Shown here: positions 19,501-26,828 of the stretch, piece by piece
Numbering within the stretch: the stretch's first letter is position 1
Layout of the letters: every line of letters starts with the position of its first letter
NCBI GenBank assembly: GCA_027451265.1
Contig: DAIDJT010000003.1
Coordinates: 1-34,137 of the forward strand
Direction of reading: 5' to 3'
Source of the DNA: Bacteroidales bacterium
GTDB taxonomy: Bacteria > Bacteroidota > Bacteroidia > Bacteroidales > VadinHA17
Length of the DNA: 34,137 bases
The notes under the pieces: model-generated
What the model was told of the DNA's origin: nothing
Seen by the model: the letters and a program-made list of their open reading frames with translations, nothing else
Databases searched by the model: none
Program-made: the position numbers and the translations under genes

Positions 19501-19745
19501 ATGGTGTCAGGGAATTGCATGTGATGAAATGAGAAACCGTCATAACGGTAGAGACCTGTGTCAACCCCTGTCCAGAGCAACCCGTCACGGTCCTGCGCAA
19601 TGACGCTGAGATAGCTTCCCGGCAGGCCGGTATATTCATCATACGTACGAAAACTGTAAGTCTGTGCAGATGACACACTCGGATGCAGCACTGTTACAAG
19701 GACTAAGCACAATGCTGTCAATGGAAGTCTGAAGCTTCTGGGCAT
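16587..19745 (-). CDS. Membrane sensor: beta-propeller (Reg_prop) repeats + Y_Y_Y domain + TM + SpoIIE/PP2C phosphatase
   Basis: Signal peptide; repeats QDRDGLLWTG, TDREGNLWIG, GLPDNNVRTL; YRTRLGNFDEEW...GHYRFSVEA; TM WWFFLSVLALIAGVVYLIV; PP2C motifs VSGDFYW, DSTGHGVPGA, DGMD, FTDGYCDQFGG, QVDD. Confidence 0.93.
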   Translation of the reverse strand: MPRSFRLPLTALCLVLVTVLHPSVSSAQTYSFRTYDEYTGLPGSYLSVIAQDRDGLLWTGVDTGLYRYDGFSFHHMQFPDTMPRGNVSALYNDKNGTMWVGMSDGSLFTWKPGGKMERRSLVESDRVNRITGSPDGNVWIITQTSGIFIAGKGEGDKITRMKMPGEMNLFDIAFAGDGTFLAATQDNLHLCAASGDSAVSRLTFPELDYTWIQTVLRMDDDTWFAGTGDKGLWMIRRSGDTMTATAVGDTLFMNMNIPAINAGPGRSLTVATMDAGAFKTSFSQDFSDMTITGRYDVTSGLPDNNVRTLFTDREGNLWIGLFSHGLAAVTTNAFAFYRPETNKEITFIGRAGDQVVAGTRSGIYDFNPLTGSFTRFRSLTARTGGSGIASWATDDTGNIWIGTVSDGLWLMKPDGSLRQYYLSGNPGQNHINSVAVESDNLWLGTSDGVILLDRATGRQKAVYTTLDLLPHNYISQVVVNREGEVLVATKSDRLCYIHVTGGVRTEGMIMEGSRVNELRCISVAPDRTICAGTNGNGLFLFAGDTVLNYTEADGLLTNFCYSALIASDGRVWTGHQKGFSITNPATGSVRAYSTEFGVRGDCLPNAIAGLPDGTVCVGTTEGIVVYNPSLEPDSAAAPQAGIISVVINDVVYPYRESYNLPYRKSYSVKVNYAGIFLRDPLNVVYRTRLGNFDEEWSEVTGDRSVTYNLRDGHYRFSVEALTRDDPDRATTASFSLIIQKPVTDRWWFFLSVLALIAGVVYLIVRLRERAHRIQREYLENELQKRTAEVYEQKEELAQKNLDITESIKYAKRIQSSVLPDTARLGTVFREAFVFFQPRDIVSGDFYWFDWVDKDRFIVVCSDSTGHGVPGAFMSMIGTALLQDIITVKKITRPSQILHELDRQIFSTLNQNQEMEASNDGMDIVVCEFNLTTRQLVFSSAMRPVILVIDGVQHYVRGNRSSVGGESVTEKFYDDQEYHLREGDMVFLFTDGYCDQFGGHGGKKMKISRLKTLIDDITPLNAEGQQREVREFFFEWMGKNDQVDDVLFMGMRV

Positions 19746-19747
19746 GA

Positions 19748-20737
19748 TTATTTCTTGGGTATTACCTTTATCCGCGGCTTATAAACCGGCACTCCCCCTA
19801 TAGGGGCGCTGAAGAAGGGAAGATTCTGACCGTACTGGTTCTGAACCGATACAACCACATTATTGTTTTTTACCAGTTCTCCCTTCCTCTTGTAAAAGCG
19901 GAAGTCGAGCGATTTTCCTATCTCCCCCTCGTAGATCTCCATTTTCGATGTCTCCCATTCATCTTCGCCTGAGAGCGGGATTATCTGCCCTTTTCTCTCA
20001 ACGGATACCACCATGGAATTCCCGTCATTGTCCCAGTCGAAGTTACTCTGCTGTACCCATATACAGCCGCTGTCAATAAACGGATATATATGTGAGACAA
20101 ATGAAGTGTCATTGTTATTCCACATCCTGAAGGTATATTCATATGTGAATGCGTTGGCGCCGTCAATGGGCACGTTTGTATCTGGTCTCCTCGAGATTGC
20201 GTACCTGTAAAGATTGCCGTCATCGCCTGATACTCCGTCACAGATTATCTTGAAGATGTTGCTCAGGAACTTCGGGTAATATTCACCGTCAGCCGGGTTG
20301 AACGGCCCGAATGTAAACCAGCGCTCATCAAGCTTGTTATCCATTCCGAATGTGCGGGTTGCCAGCAGCGTTCCGCTCTTGTAATTGCCTCTAGGGTCTA
20401 TTCCGTTTGCCTCCGGATTGGTATAGCAGCCCTTACCCCCATAGATTGAGTATACCATACGGGTGTTCCAGAAGTTGTTTAGTTCATCAGTCTTGCCCCC
20501 GATGTCAGGGTCATACACCCTGATGTAAAACGGATCTTTGTAATCCTTCGGCAGGGCAAAGAAGAACGTCTGCGAAAAATCATCATCTCCCCATGAAGTG
20601 ATACCTCCTTCCCTGCCAAAGGTAATGAGGAACGGTATGTTCTCATCCGGGCCCGGTACTTCCTGGGCTCTCAACCCCGAAGGGGCTGCAGTCAGAACAA
20701 GAATAAAAAGCGGCAATATTAAGCGGGTAACTCTCAT
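19748..20737 (-). CDS. Secreted hypothetical protein
   Basis: 329-aa ORF with a Sec signal (LRA/QE), tightly packed in the operon; aromatic- and Asp-rich, probably all-beta; no family recognised. Confidence 0.8.
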   Translation of the reverse strand: MRVTRLILPLFILVLTAAPSGLRAQEVPGPDENIPFLITFGREGGITSWGDDDFSQTFFFALPKDYKDPFYIRVYDPDIGGKTDELNNFWNTRMVYSIYGGKGCYTNPEANGIDPRGNYKSGTLLATRTFGMDNKLDERWFTFGPFNPADGEYYPKFLSNIFKIICDGVSGDDGNLYRYAISRRPDTNVPIDGANAFTYEYTFRMWNNNDTSFVSHIYPFIDSGCIWVQQSNFDWDNDGNSMVVSVERKGQIIPLSGEDEWETSKMEIYEGEIGKSLDFRFYKRKGELVKNNNVVVSVQNQYGQNLPFFSAPIGGVPVYKPRIKVIPKK

Positions 20738-20759
20738 CTTCCTCCTTCAATAATCATGT

Positions 20760-22199
20760 TTAATCCCCAGATACTTCAATGTCCTTGCAGACACAGACCT
20801 CACGCACAACTCCCCCGGCGTCAGGTACTGAGCTGACTATCAACTGAATATTATATCTTCCCGGAAGGGCAAATACCTTTGATACTTCCAGTCCGGTTGC
20901 AACGGTTTCATCTCCGAAATTCCAGTAGTAACGGGCTATCTTCATCCCGGGCAGGTAGGTGGCACCCGCATTAAGGATCAACGTTTCTCCTGCCTTAATA
21001 GTATCAGGGCAGGTGATCACCGGCTGTTCGATATCCGTAATCTCAAGTTCATAGGAAGCCTGTCTCTTTTCAATGCCTTTGGTAACAAGGTTTACAATGT
21101 CAAGACTGATATCATAGACTCCGGGCCCGCTGAAGCAGTGTTCGGCAGTTATCCCTGTTGCCCTGGTACCGTCGCCAAAGTCCCACTCCCATCTGAAGCC
21201 TGTCTTGAGAGTATCCTGTTTGAGGGCATTTTCCTCAATGAATTCATAACAGTAACTGTTTTTCTGAATGCCGTCACACGCTGACCATCGTATGATGGTT
21301 GATATGAAACTGTAAATGTTATCATTGAAATTCCGGCGGTTTGAGGTGAAATAACCCTGCATGCCTCCCTGTGCAGCATAAAATGCGAAGTCGTCAGCCT
21401 CCGAATTGACCGGCTCATCCATATCTACCGGTTTCGTCCATGAGCCGTATGCAAGGCTTGAGTACCATATATCAAGTCCTCCCTTGCCTCCCGGCCTGTC
21501 TGAGGCAAAGTACAGTCTTCCGGAGCTGTGAAGGAAAGGATGTATCTCGGCTGCGCTGCTGTTGACCTCCGGACCCAGGTTCTGCGGTTTGGTCCAGTGG
21601 CCGTCAATATACTCGCACATGTAAATGTCATATCTTCCCTGGCCTCCGGACATGTCAGAGCAGAAGAAGAGATACCTGCCATCAGCTGAAACATAAGGGA
21701 AGGAGAGGTTGTAATCGGGGTTGTTGAATTCAAAGGGAGTGATATCAGTCCACTGTGAGCCTGAGCGCTTCGCGGTGAAGATACCAAGCCTGTTAGGCTG
21801 ATTTTTGCCAAGCTTTCGACCTTCGCTGTTATTGCGGGTAAACCAGAGCGTGTTGCCGTCAGTTGTCACAGAGGCCGGTCCGATGTTTGCATCCCTGACA
21901 AGGTTTGGCGCAAACCTCACAGGCGAAACAGGCTTACCGTCTCCGTTGAACGGGGCATAATAAAGCTCATAAAGCCTGACGCCTTCAAGGTTCTTTTTGG
22001 TCAGGAAGGGATTGGTTTTCCTGTTCGAGCAGAACAGGATACCGTCACTCATAATTACAGGGGCCATATCATCCGATGAGGAAGAGATGCCCGGGATATT
22101 CGTTACCTCAAAGGTTCCCTTCGCCTGCCCGTTAAGGAGAGCAAAATGGCCCGACAATAAGACCAGCGCGACTGCGATATGTTTCAGAATGCTCCTCAT
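20760..22199 (-). CDS. PD40 (WD40-like) repeat + two PKD-domain secreted protein
   Basis: PD40 motifs (FPYVSADGRYLFFCSDMSGGQGRYDIY, LYFASDRPGGKGGLDIW) and PKD motifs (WEWDFGDG, YYWNFGDE). Start set at ATG 22199, which begins the signal peptide 4 bp after the porP stop. Confidence 0.88.
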   Translation of the reverse strand: MRSILKHIAVALVLLSGHFALLNGQAKGTFEVTNIPGISSSSDDMAPVIMSDGILFCSNRKTNPFLTKKNLEGVRLYELYYAPFNGDGKPVSPVRFAPNLVRDANIGPASVTTDGNTLWFTRNNSEGRKLGKNQPNRLGIFTAKRSGSQWTDITPFEFNNPDYNLSFPYVSADGRYLFFCSDMSGGQGRYDIYMCEYIDGHWTKPQNLGPEVNSSAAEIHPFLHSSGRLYFASDRPGGKGGLDIWYSSLAYGSWTKPVDMDEPVNSEADDFAFYAAQGGMQGYFTSNRRNFNDNIYSFISTIIRWSACDGIQKNSYCYEFIEENALKQDTLKTGFRWEWDFGDGTRATGITAEHCFSGPGVYDISLDIVNLVTKGIEKRQASYELEITDIEQPVITCPDTIKAGETLILNAGATYLPGMKIARYYWNFGDETVATGLEVSKVFALPGRYNIQLIVSSVPDAGGVVREVCVCKDIEVSGD

Positions 22200-22203
22200 C
22201 TTG

Positions 22204-23133
22204 TCAGAAATACCTTGGCGATGTTGCACTTACGGCAAAGGCAAATTCGTATCTCAGTGACACTTCATGCGTCCCTGATGTATATTTGTTCAGATGCCCC
22301 AGCTGATAGTCAAACGAATACCCCACCTTGAGCTGAGGGGTGACCTGCAAATCAAGCAAAGCCACAGCTGCCTGCTCGGCAATCCTGTATGATCCTCCGA
22401 CCCAGAGCATATCGGCAAAAATGAAGTTGGCATTGAGGTCAACCTCCAGTGGCTCACGCATTGCGTACCGCACCAGCACCGAGGGCTTTACCTTGAAGGC
22501 ATCAGTAAACCTTATCAGCGTGCCGGCGGTCAGATATGTCCTGAACATGGAATAGTCAGGACTGACCCTGAACTGGTCCGTCTCGTCCCTCTTGTATGTC
22601 AGTAGTGAGGGGACGGACAGTCCGGCAAAATACCTGTCAGTGTAGTAGTAGAACCCGACTCCCATGTTGGGCAGAGTGTATTTCATGTTTCCTGTAAGCA
22701 ATGGATCAGCCGGGTTGCCGTCAGGGAATTGCAGGTTGTTGTAGTTGGTGTTGCTGAGGTCAATCCCTCCCTTCAGTCCCATGGAAAGCCTGCCCTGTCC
22801 AATCCTGACGCTGTAGGCGTAAAAGGCATATATGCCCACATCCTTCGTCACCCCGTAGGTGAGGTAGTCAGCCATCAGGCCGAGGGAGACCTTTTCCTTA
22901 TTATTAACCGGGCTATGCAGTGAAAGAGTCTGGAACTGGGGAGCGCCGTTTATGCGGGCCCACTGCTTGCGGTATGAGAGGTTGGCGCTCAGTGCTTCGC
23001 GTGTACCTGCATACGCAGGATTGATCACCAATCCGTTTGTAAGGTACTGGCTGGTAATGGGAACCTGCTGAGCATCTACAGACAGTGTCAGCACAAAGGC
23101 GAGGAGAACTGATATGTACAGGCTTCCTTTCAT
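22204..23133 (-). CDS. T9SS membrane protein, PorP/SprF family
   Basis: QQVPITSQYLTNGLVINPAYAG, YRKQWARINGAP, KVGYSFDY, GTHEVSLRY, terminal SPRYF. Confidence 0.95.
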   Translation of the reverse strand: MKGSLYISVLLAFVLTLSVDAQQVPITSQYLTNGLVINPAYAGTREALSANLSYRKQWARINGAPQFQTLSLHSPVNNKEKVSLGLMADYLTYGVTKDVGIYAFYAYSVRIGQGRLSMGLKGGIDLSNTNYNNLQFPDGNPADPLLTGNMKYTLPNMGVGFYYYTDRYFAGLSVPSLLTYKRDETDQFRVSPDYSMFRTYLTAGTLIRFTDAFKVKPSVLVRYAMREPLEVDLNANFIFADMLWVGGSYRIAEQAAVALLDLQVTPQLKVGYSFDYQLGHLNKYTSGTHEVSLRYEFAFAVSATSPRYF

Positions 23134-23134
23134 C

Positions 23135-26100
23135 TTATCTCCTGAGAATGATAAATCCGCTTATATGAGCCGAATATTCAGGAACGTCAAGATCCTGGGC
23201 CCCGTTGATGGTGAGAAGGTAATAATATGTTCCGTCAGGTACTTCCCTGCCGTTCAGATCGAGGCCGTTCCAGGCACCCAGCGGATCATTGCTGCGGTAA
23301 TCAGCAGCCCTGTATACTACAGCGCCTGCGGTGTTAATTATTACAAGTTCATTGCGGGTGAATTCCAGACCCTCCACGTTGAAGAAGTCATTTATGCCAT
23401 CATTGTTTGGCGTCAAACCCTGGGGTATGGTCAGATCAGGCACCGTCAGGGTCACTGACACCTCAGGTGCTATGCATGCTCCGTTTGAGACTGCGAAAAT
23501 AAAAGTATTGTCTCCGAACTCCAGCTTCCTCACCTCGGTAGTCTTTTCAAGGGGAGTTGCCAGGACCGGCTCTGCGTTGCCACTGCCGAAATCATAGCTC
23601 CATACAGATGTTCCTGCACCGTCAAAACTGCCCGCAAGAACGGCAGCAAACTGGTAGGGAAGCAATATCCTGCTGGCTCCGGCACTGATATTCAGAGGCA
23701 TGATGTCAACCGTCACGGTTACCGGTGCCGAAACGGATACACAGCAGTTATTTTCACCGGAAAAAACACTTCTCCTGAACTGTGTGGTTTCCTCAAGCAT
23801 CGGGGGCTGATATGTTGCGGCATTGTTCGAACCGGATGCTGTTACCCAGCCGGGAGACTGGCTATCCATTCTTTCCCATAGGTACCGGAATCTGCCGTCA
23901 CCGCCGGAAAGTGTACCGCCGTTAAGGGCTGCAGCCGTATTGGTGTTGCAGATGGTCTGGTTTGCCGTTATGACATTGCCGGTTATCTGTGGCAGCACTG
24001 TAATGGTGAAAACCGAACTCTCCGTGCAGGCACCTGAAGTGACCGTTCTCCGGAACCATGTGGTTGCCGTAAGGTTGCCCGGCTGGTATGAATTGCCTGT
24101 TTCAGACAGAGGTGTAAAGGTTGTGTTATCTGTTGATGAGGCCCAGGCATAGGTAAACGCACCCAGTCCGCCGCCGGGGGTACCCGAGAGGAGGGCCGGT
24201 GCTGTTCCGGTACAGATTGTATCATGTCCCTGCGCCGGAAGGCTTATTGCAAACCCTGTTATGCGCGGATCAACAGTGATATGAACATTATTGCTGGTGC
24301 TGGTGCAGGCTGATGATGTCACCACGCGCCTGTACCATATGCCGCTTGTAAGAGTTGCACCGGGAAGATCTTCAGACGAAGCGCCGGTGATATTGCTGAA
24401 TGACAACCCGTTGGTGCTGCTCATCCACTGGTATGTATAGGTACCTGCCCCTGCCCCGTCACCAGGAACGGTACCGTCAATGGTGGCCGGAGAAGTTCCC
24501 TCACAAATTGTCTGGTCAGCTGCAACCACATTGTTGGTGATTGAAGGGTGACATACAAGAGTGACGGTGTTGCTCACTGACTGGCAGGTATTCAACGGAC
24601 CACTGTAGACTGTGCGCCTGTAGTATGTTGTTGAAGGTGCGTCATTCTGGGGATCGTAGCCAATCCCGTTATTGGTACCGGCAGCAGCTGACCAGTTGGT
24701 GTTGTCAATGCTGCTCATCCACTGGTAGGTGAATGATGGTGCAGCTCCGCCTGCGGGAGTGCTGCCTGAAAGGTTGCTGAAGAGGGTGCCCTGGCAGATT
24801 GTCTGGTCTGCAGTTACGCTGTTGCCGGATATTGCCGGAAGTATTGTCACTGTTACCGGTATACTTATACTGGTGCAGGCTCCGGAGCTGACTATTCTTT
24901 GATAGTGCATTGTTGAAATCAGGGCCTGGGGGTTATAAACCGCGGCAGTACCGGCGCCGGCAGCATTGACCCATGTGACGTTGTCAGCGCTCTCCTCCCA
25001 CCGGTATGAATACAGGCCATTTCCGCCTGACGGACCTGAGTTCAGCGGGTAAAGCTCCTCCGGATCCATATTGTAACACAGGGTGGTGTCAGAGCCTATG
25101 ATATTTCCGGTTATGCGCGGGTGGACTATTATCCTTACCGGGAGGCTCCGGTCAATGATGCCTGCGCCGTCACTGACCACCCTTCTGAACCAGACGGTAG
25201 CTGATTCAGTTCCAGTTGGCGTATATTCAATGGAAGTGCCGGTCAGGTCTGACCAGGTATTATTGTCATAGCTTCTCTGCCACTGGTAGGTGTAGGTGCC
25301 GCTGCCTCCTGCCGGACGTGTGCCGGTGAGTTTCGGGGGAATCATCCCCTCGCAGATGGAGTCAAGCTGGCTCAGATTGTAGGCTATGTAAATCTCATTA
25401 AAGAGAAATCCGTTCAGCGGCAGGTTGAGATTGCTGCGGACCAGTCCGGGTGAGCCGTCGCGGTTTGGATCGCCACCGCTGTGGATGCCGCCTTGGCCGC
25501 CGGCAACGGTTGCCGTTCCGGCAAAGGGTCCTGTTGTCCAGATCAGGCCGCCGCCACCGCCGCCACCCGCACCATTCTGGTTTACGTTATTGCCTCCCTT
25601 GCCACCATCGGCAGAGAGTACCGGGGTTGAGAGGAAATGTCTTGTGCTTATTATCACTGAGCCGCCTGCACCGCCACCGCCTGCACCGGCATTTGCTGCT
25701 GAATTATTGATTGCGGCGGCGCCACTTGCTGTGATTATCCTGCCGTTACCCACAATGGTGTCAGCATGGATGATCACAATACCCCCGCCGTTTGCACCGG
25801 CAGAGGTCGTAGGCGTGGTCAGGTATACAGAAGCGCCGCCGCCGCTGCCCATATAAACACCTGAATTCAATGTCGAAAAGCCTGCCACGGAAAACCCGCC
25901 ACGGCCACCGGGCATTAGCCCTCCGCACAGATCAGGAGCCATCTCCTGGTCACCCTGGCTGCCGGCACCGTAGTTCGCTCCGCCGCCACCGCCTGAATAA
26001 CGCCCGTTGCCGCCACCGCCACCGGTCATGTTGGCTCCCTTGCCCTTCATAAAACCTGGATTGAGCGGCAGACCAGTCGCAGTTTCAAAGGCAATTCCCT

Positions 26101-26746
26101 CACCCTTGTACCCGGCTGCATATGACCCGATGCTATATGATTCCCAACTGATTGTGTCATCGGATCTCTGGCATGAACCGCTGCCCTGCGAGACAATCCC
26201 TCCCCTGAATCCCGCGCCAGAGACATTAATGTTCTCATTAAGTGTCAGCACACCCTTGACCATGAAAACCAGCACACCACCGGTGACCGAGGCAGAATCC
26301 CATTGCTGACATGAGAGCTGGGTATTTACAACCGCATCACGGTACGTCCTCACCTTCACAAGCTGTACCTTCGCCGCGGGATCATACGCGTTTAGTAAAA
26401 CACGGGTGAAATCAATCCGTCGGGTACCGGTATTGACTGTTGACACGATGATTATTTCATACTTTCCCGGAGTGCCAATTGTATTCTGGTAGTTGCCCTC
26501 AAGAGCGGCGCCGGCATTGATCCCCACGCCATTCATCTGCATGACCATCACGGTATCATTTGCAGCAAAGCCGGTGGCGTCATCAACTATAACGTAACCT
26601 GCGCCAACTGCATTGACCCTGGCGTACCTGTTGACCTGGCCGGTGAGGAGGGGTGTCTGCCCTGATACATAAATACAACCGAATGCTATCATCTGAATAA
26701 CAATCAGAAGATAAATCCTGGCTCTGTGACTGGTAGCAAAGGGCAT
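23135..26746 (-). CDS. T9SS cargo with type-B CTD (gliding-motility-associated C-terminal domain): Gly-rich head plus six Ig-like repeats; putative adhesin
   Basis: C-terminal IPQGLTPNNDGINDFF...WNG...VPDGTYYYLL...GFIILRR; repeats xQTICxG...GGxGxYTYQW...RRxVxSG; 1 bp upstream of porP/sprF. Confidence 0.92.
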   Translation of the reverse strand: MPFATSHRARIYLLIVIQMIAFGCIYVSGQTPLLTGQVNRYARVNAVGAGYVIVDDATGFAANDTVMVMQMNGVGINAGAALEGNYQNTIGTPGKYEIIIVSTVNTGTRRIDFTRVLLNAYDPAAKVQLVKVRTYRDAVVNTQLSCQQWDSASVTGGVLVFMVKGVLTLNENINVSGAGFRGGIVSQGSGSCQRSDDTISWESYSIGSYAAGYKGEGIAFETATGLPLNPGFMKGKGANMTGGGGGNGRYSGGGGGANYGAGSQGDQEMAPDLCGGLMPGGRGGFSVAGFSTLNSGVYMGSGGGASVYLTTPTTSAGANGGGIVIIHADTIVGNGRIITASGAAAINNSAANAGAGGGGAGGSVIISTRHFLSTPVLSADGGKGGNNVNQNGAGGGGGGGLIWTTGPFAGTATVAGGQGGIHSGGDPNRDGSPGLVRSNLNLPLNGFLFNEIYIAYNLSQLDSICEGMIPPKLTGTRPAGGSGTYTYQWQRSYDNNTWSDLTGTSIEYTPTGTESATVWFRRVVSDGAGIIDRSLPVRIIVHPRITGNIIGSDTTLCYNMDPEELYPLNSGPSGGNGLYSYRWEESADNVTWVNAAGAGTAAVYNPQALISTMHYQRIVSSGACTSISIPVTVTILPAISGNSVTADQTICQGTLFSNLSGSTPAGGAAPSFTYQWMSSIDNTNWSAAAGTNNGIGYDPQNDAPSTTYYRRTVYSGPLNTCQSVSNTVTLVCHPSITNNVVAADQTICEGTSPATIDGTVPGDGAGAGTYTYQWMSSTNGLSFSNITGASSEDLPGATLTSGIWYRRVVTSSACTSTSNNVHITVDPRITGFAISLPAQGHDTICTGTAPALLSGTPGGGLGAFTYAWASSTDNTTFTPLSETGNSYQPGNLTATTWFRRTVTSGACTESSVFTITVLPQITGNVITANQTICNTNTAAALNGGTLSGGDGRFRYLWERMDSQSPGWVTASGSNNAATYQPPMLEETTQFRRSVFSGENNCCVSVSAPVTVTVDIMPLNISAGASRILLPYQFAAVLAGSFDGAGTSVWSYDFGSGNAEPVLATPLEKTTEVRKLEFGDNTFIFAVSNGACIAPEVSVTLTVPDLTIPQGLTPNNDGINDFFNVEGLEFTRNELVIINTAGAVVYRAADYRSNDPLGAWNGLDLNGREVPDGTYYYLLTINGAQDLDVPEYSAHISGFIILRR

Positions 26747-26828
26747 ATTGCGGTATTTGTTTGCTGAAATACTTTTAATTAAACTGATAATCGGGCAGAT
26801 TATTTTAGGAGCCCTGTGTTTATTGAGG

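Noticed and set aside
25425-26309. Pro-rich plus-strand ORFs
   Set aside because: They are the reverse complement of the Gly codons in the T9SS cargo.
16587-26746. Horizontally acquired island or mobile element
   Set aside because: No integrase, transposase, flanking repeats or obvious compositional shift visible by eye.
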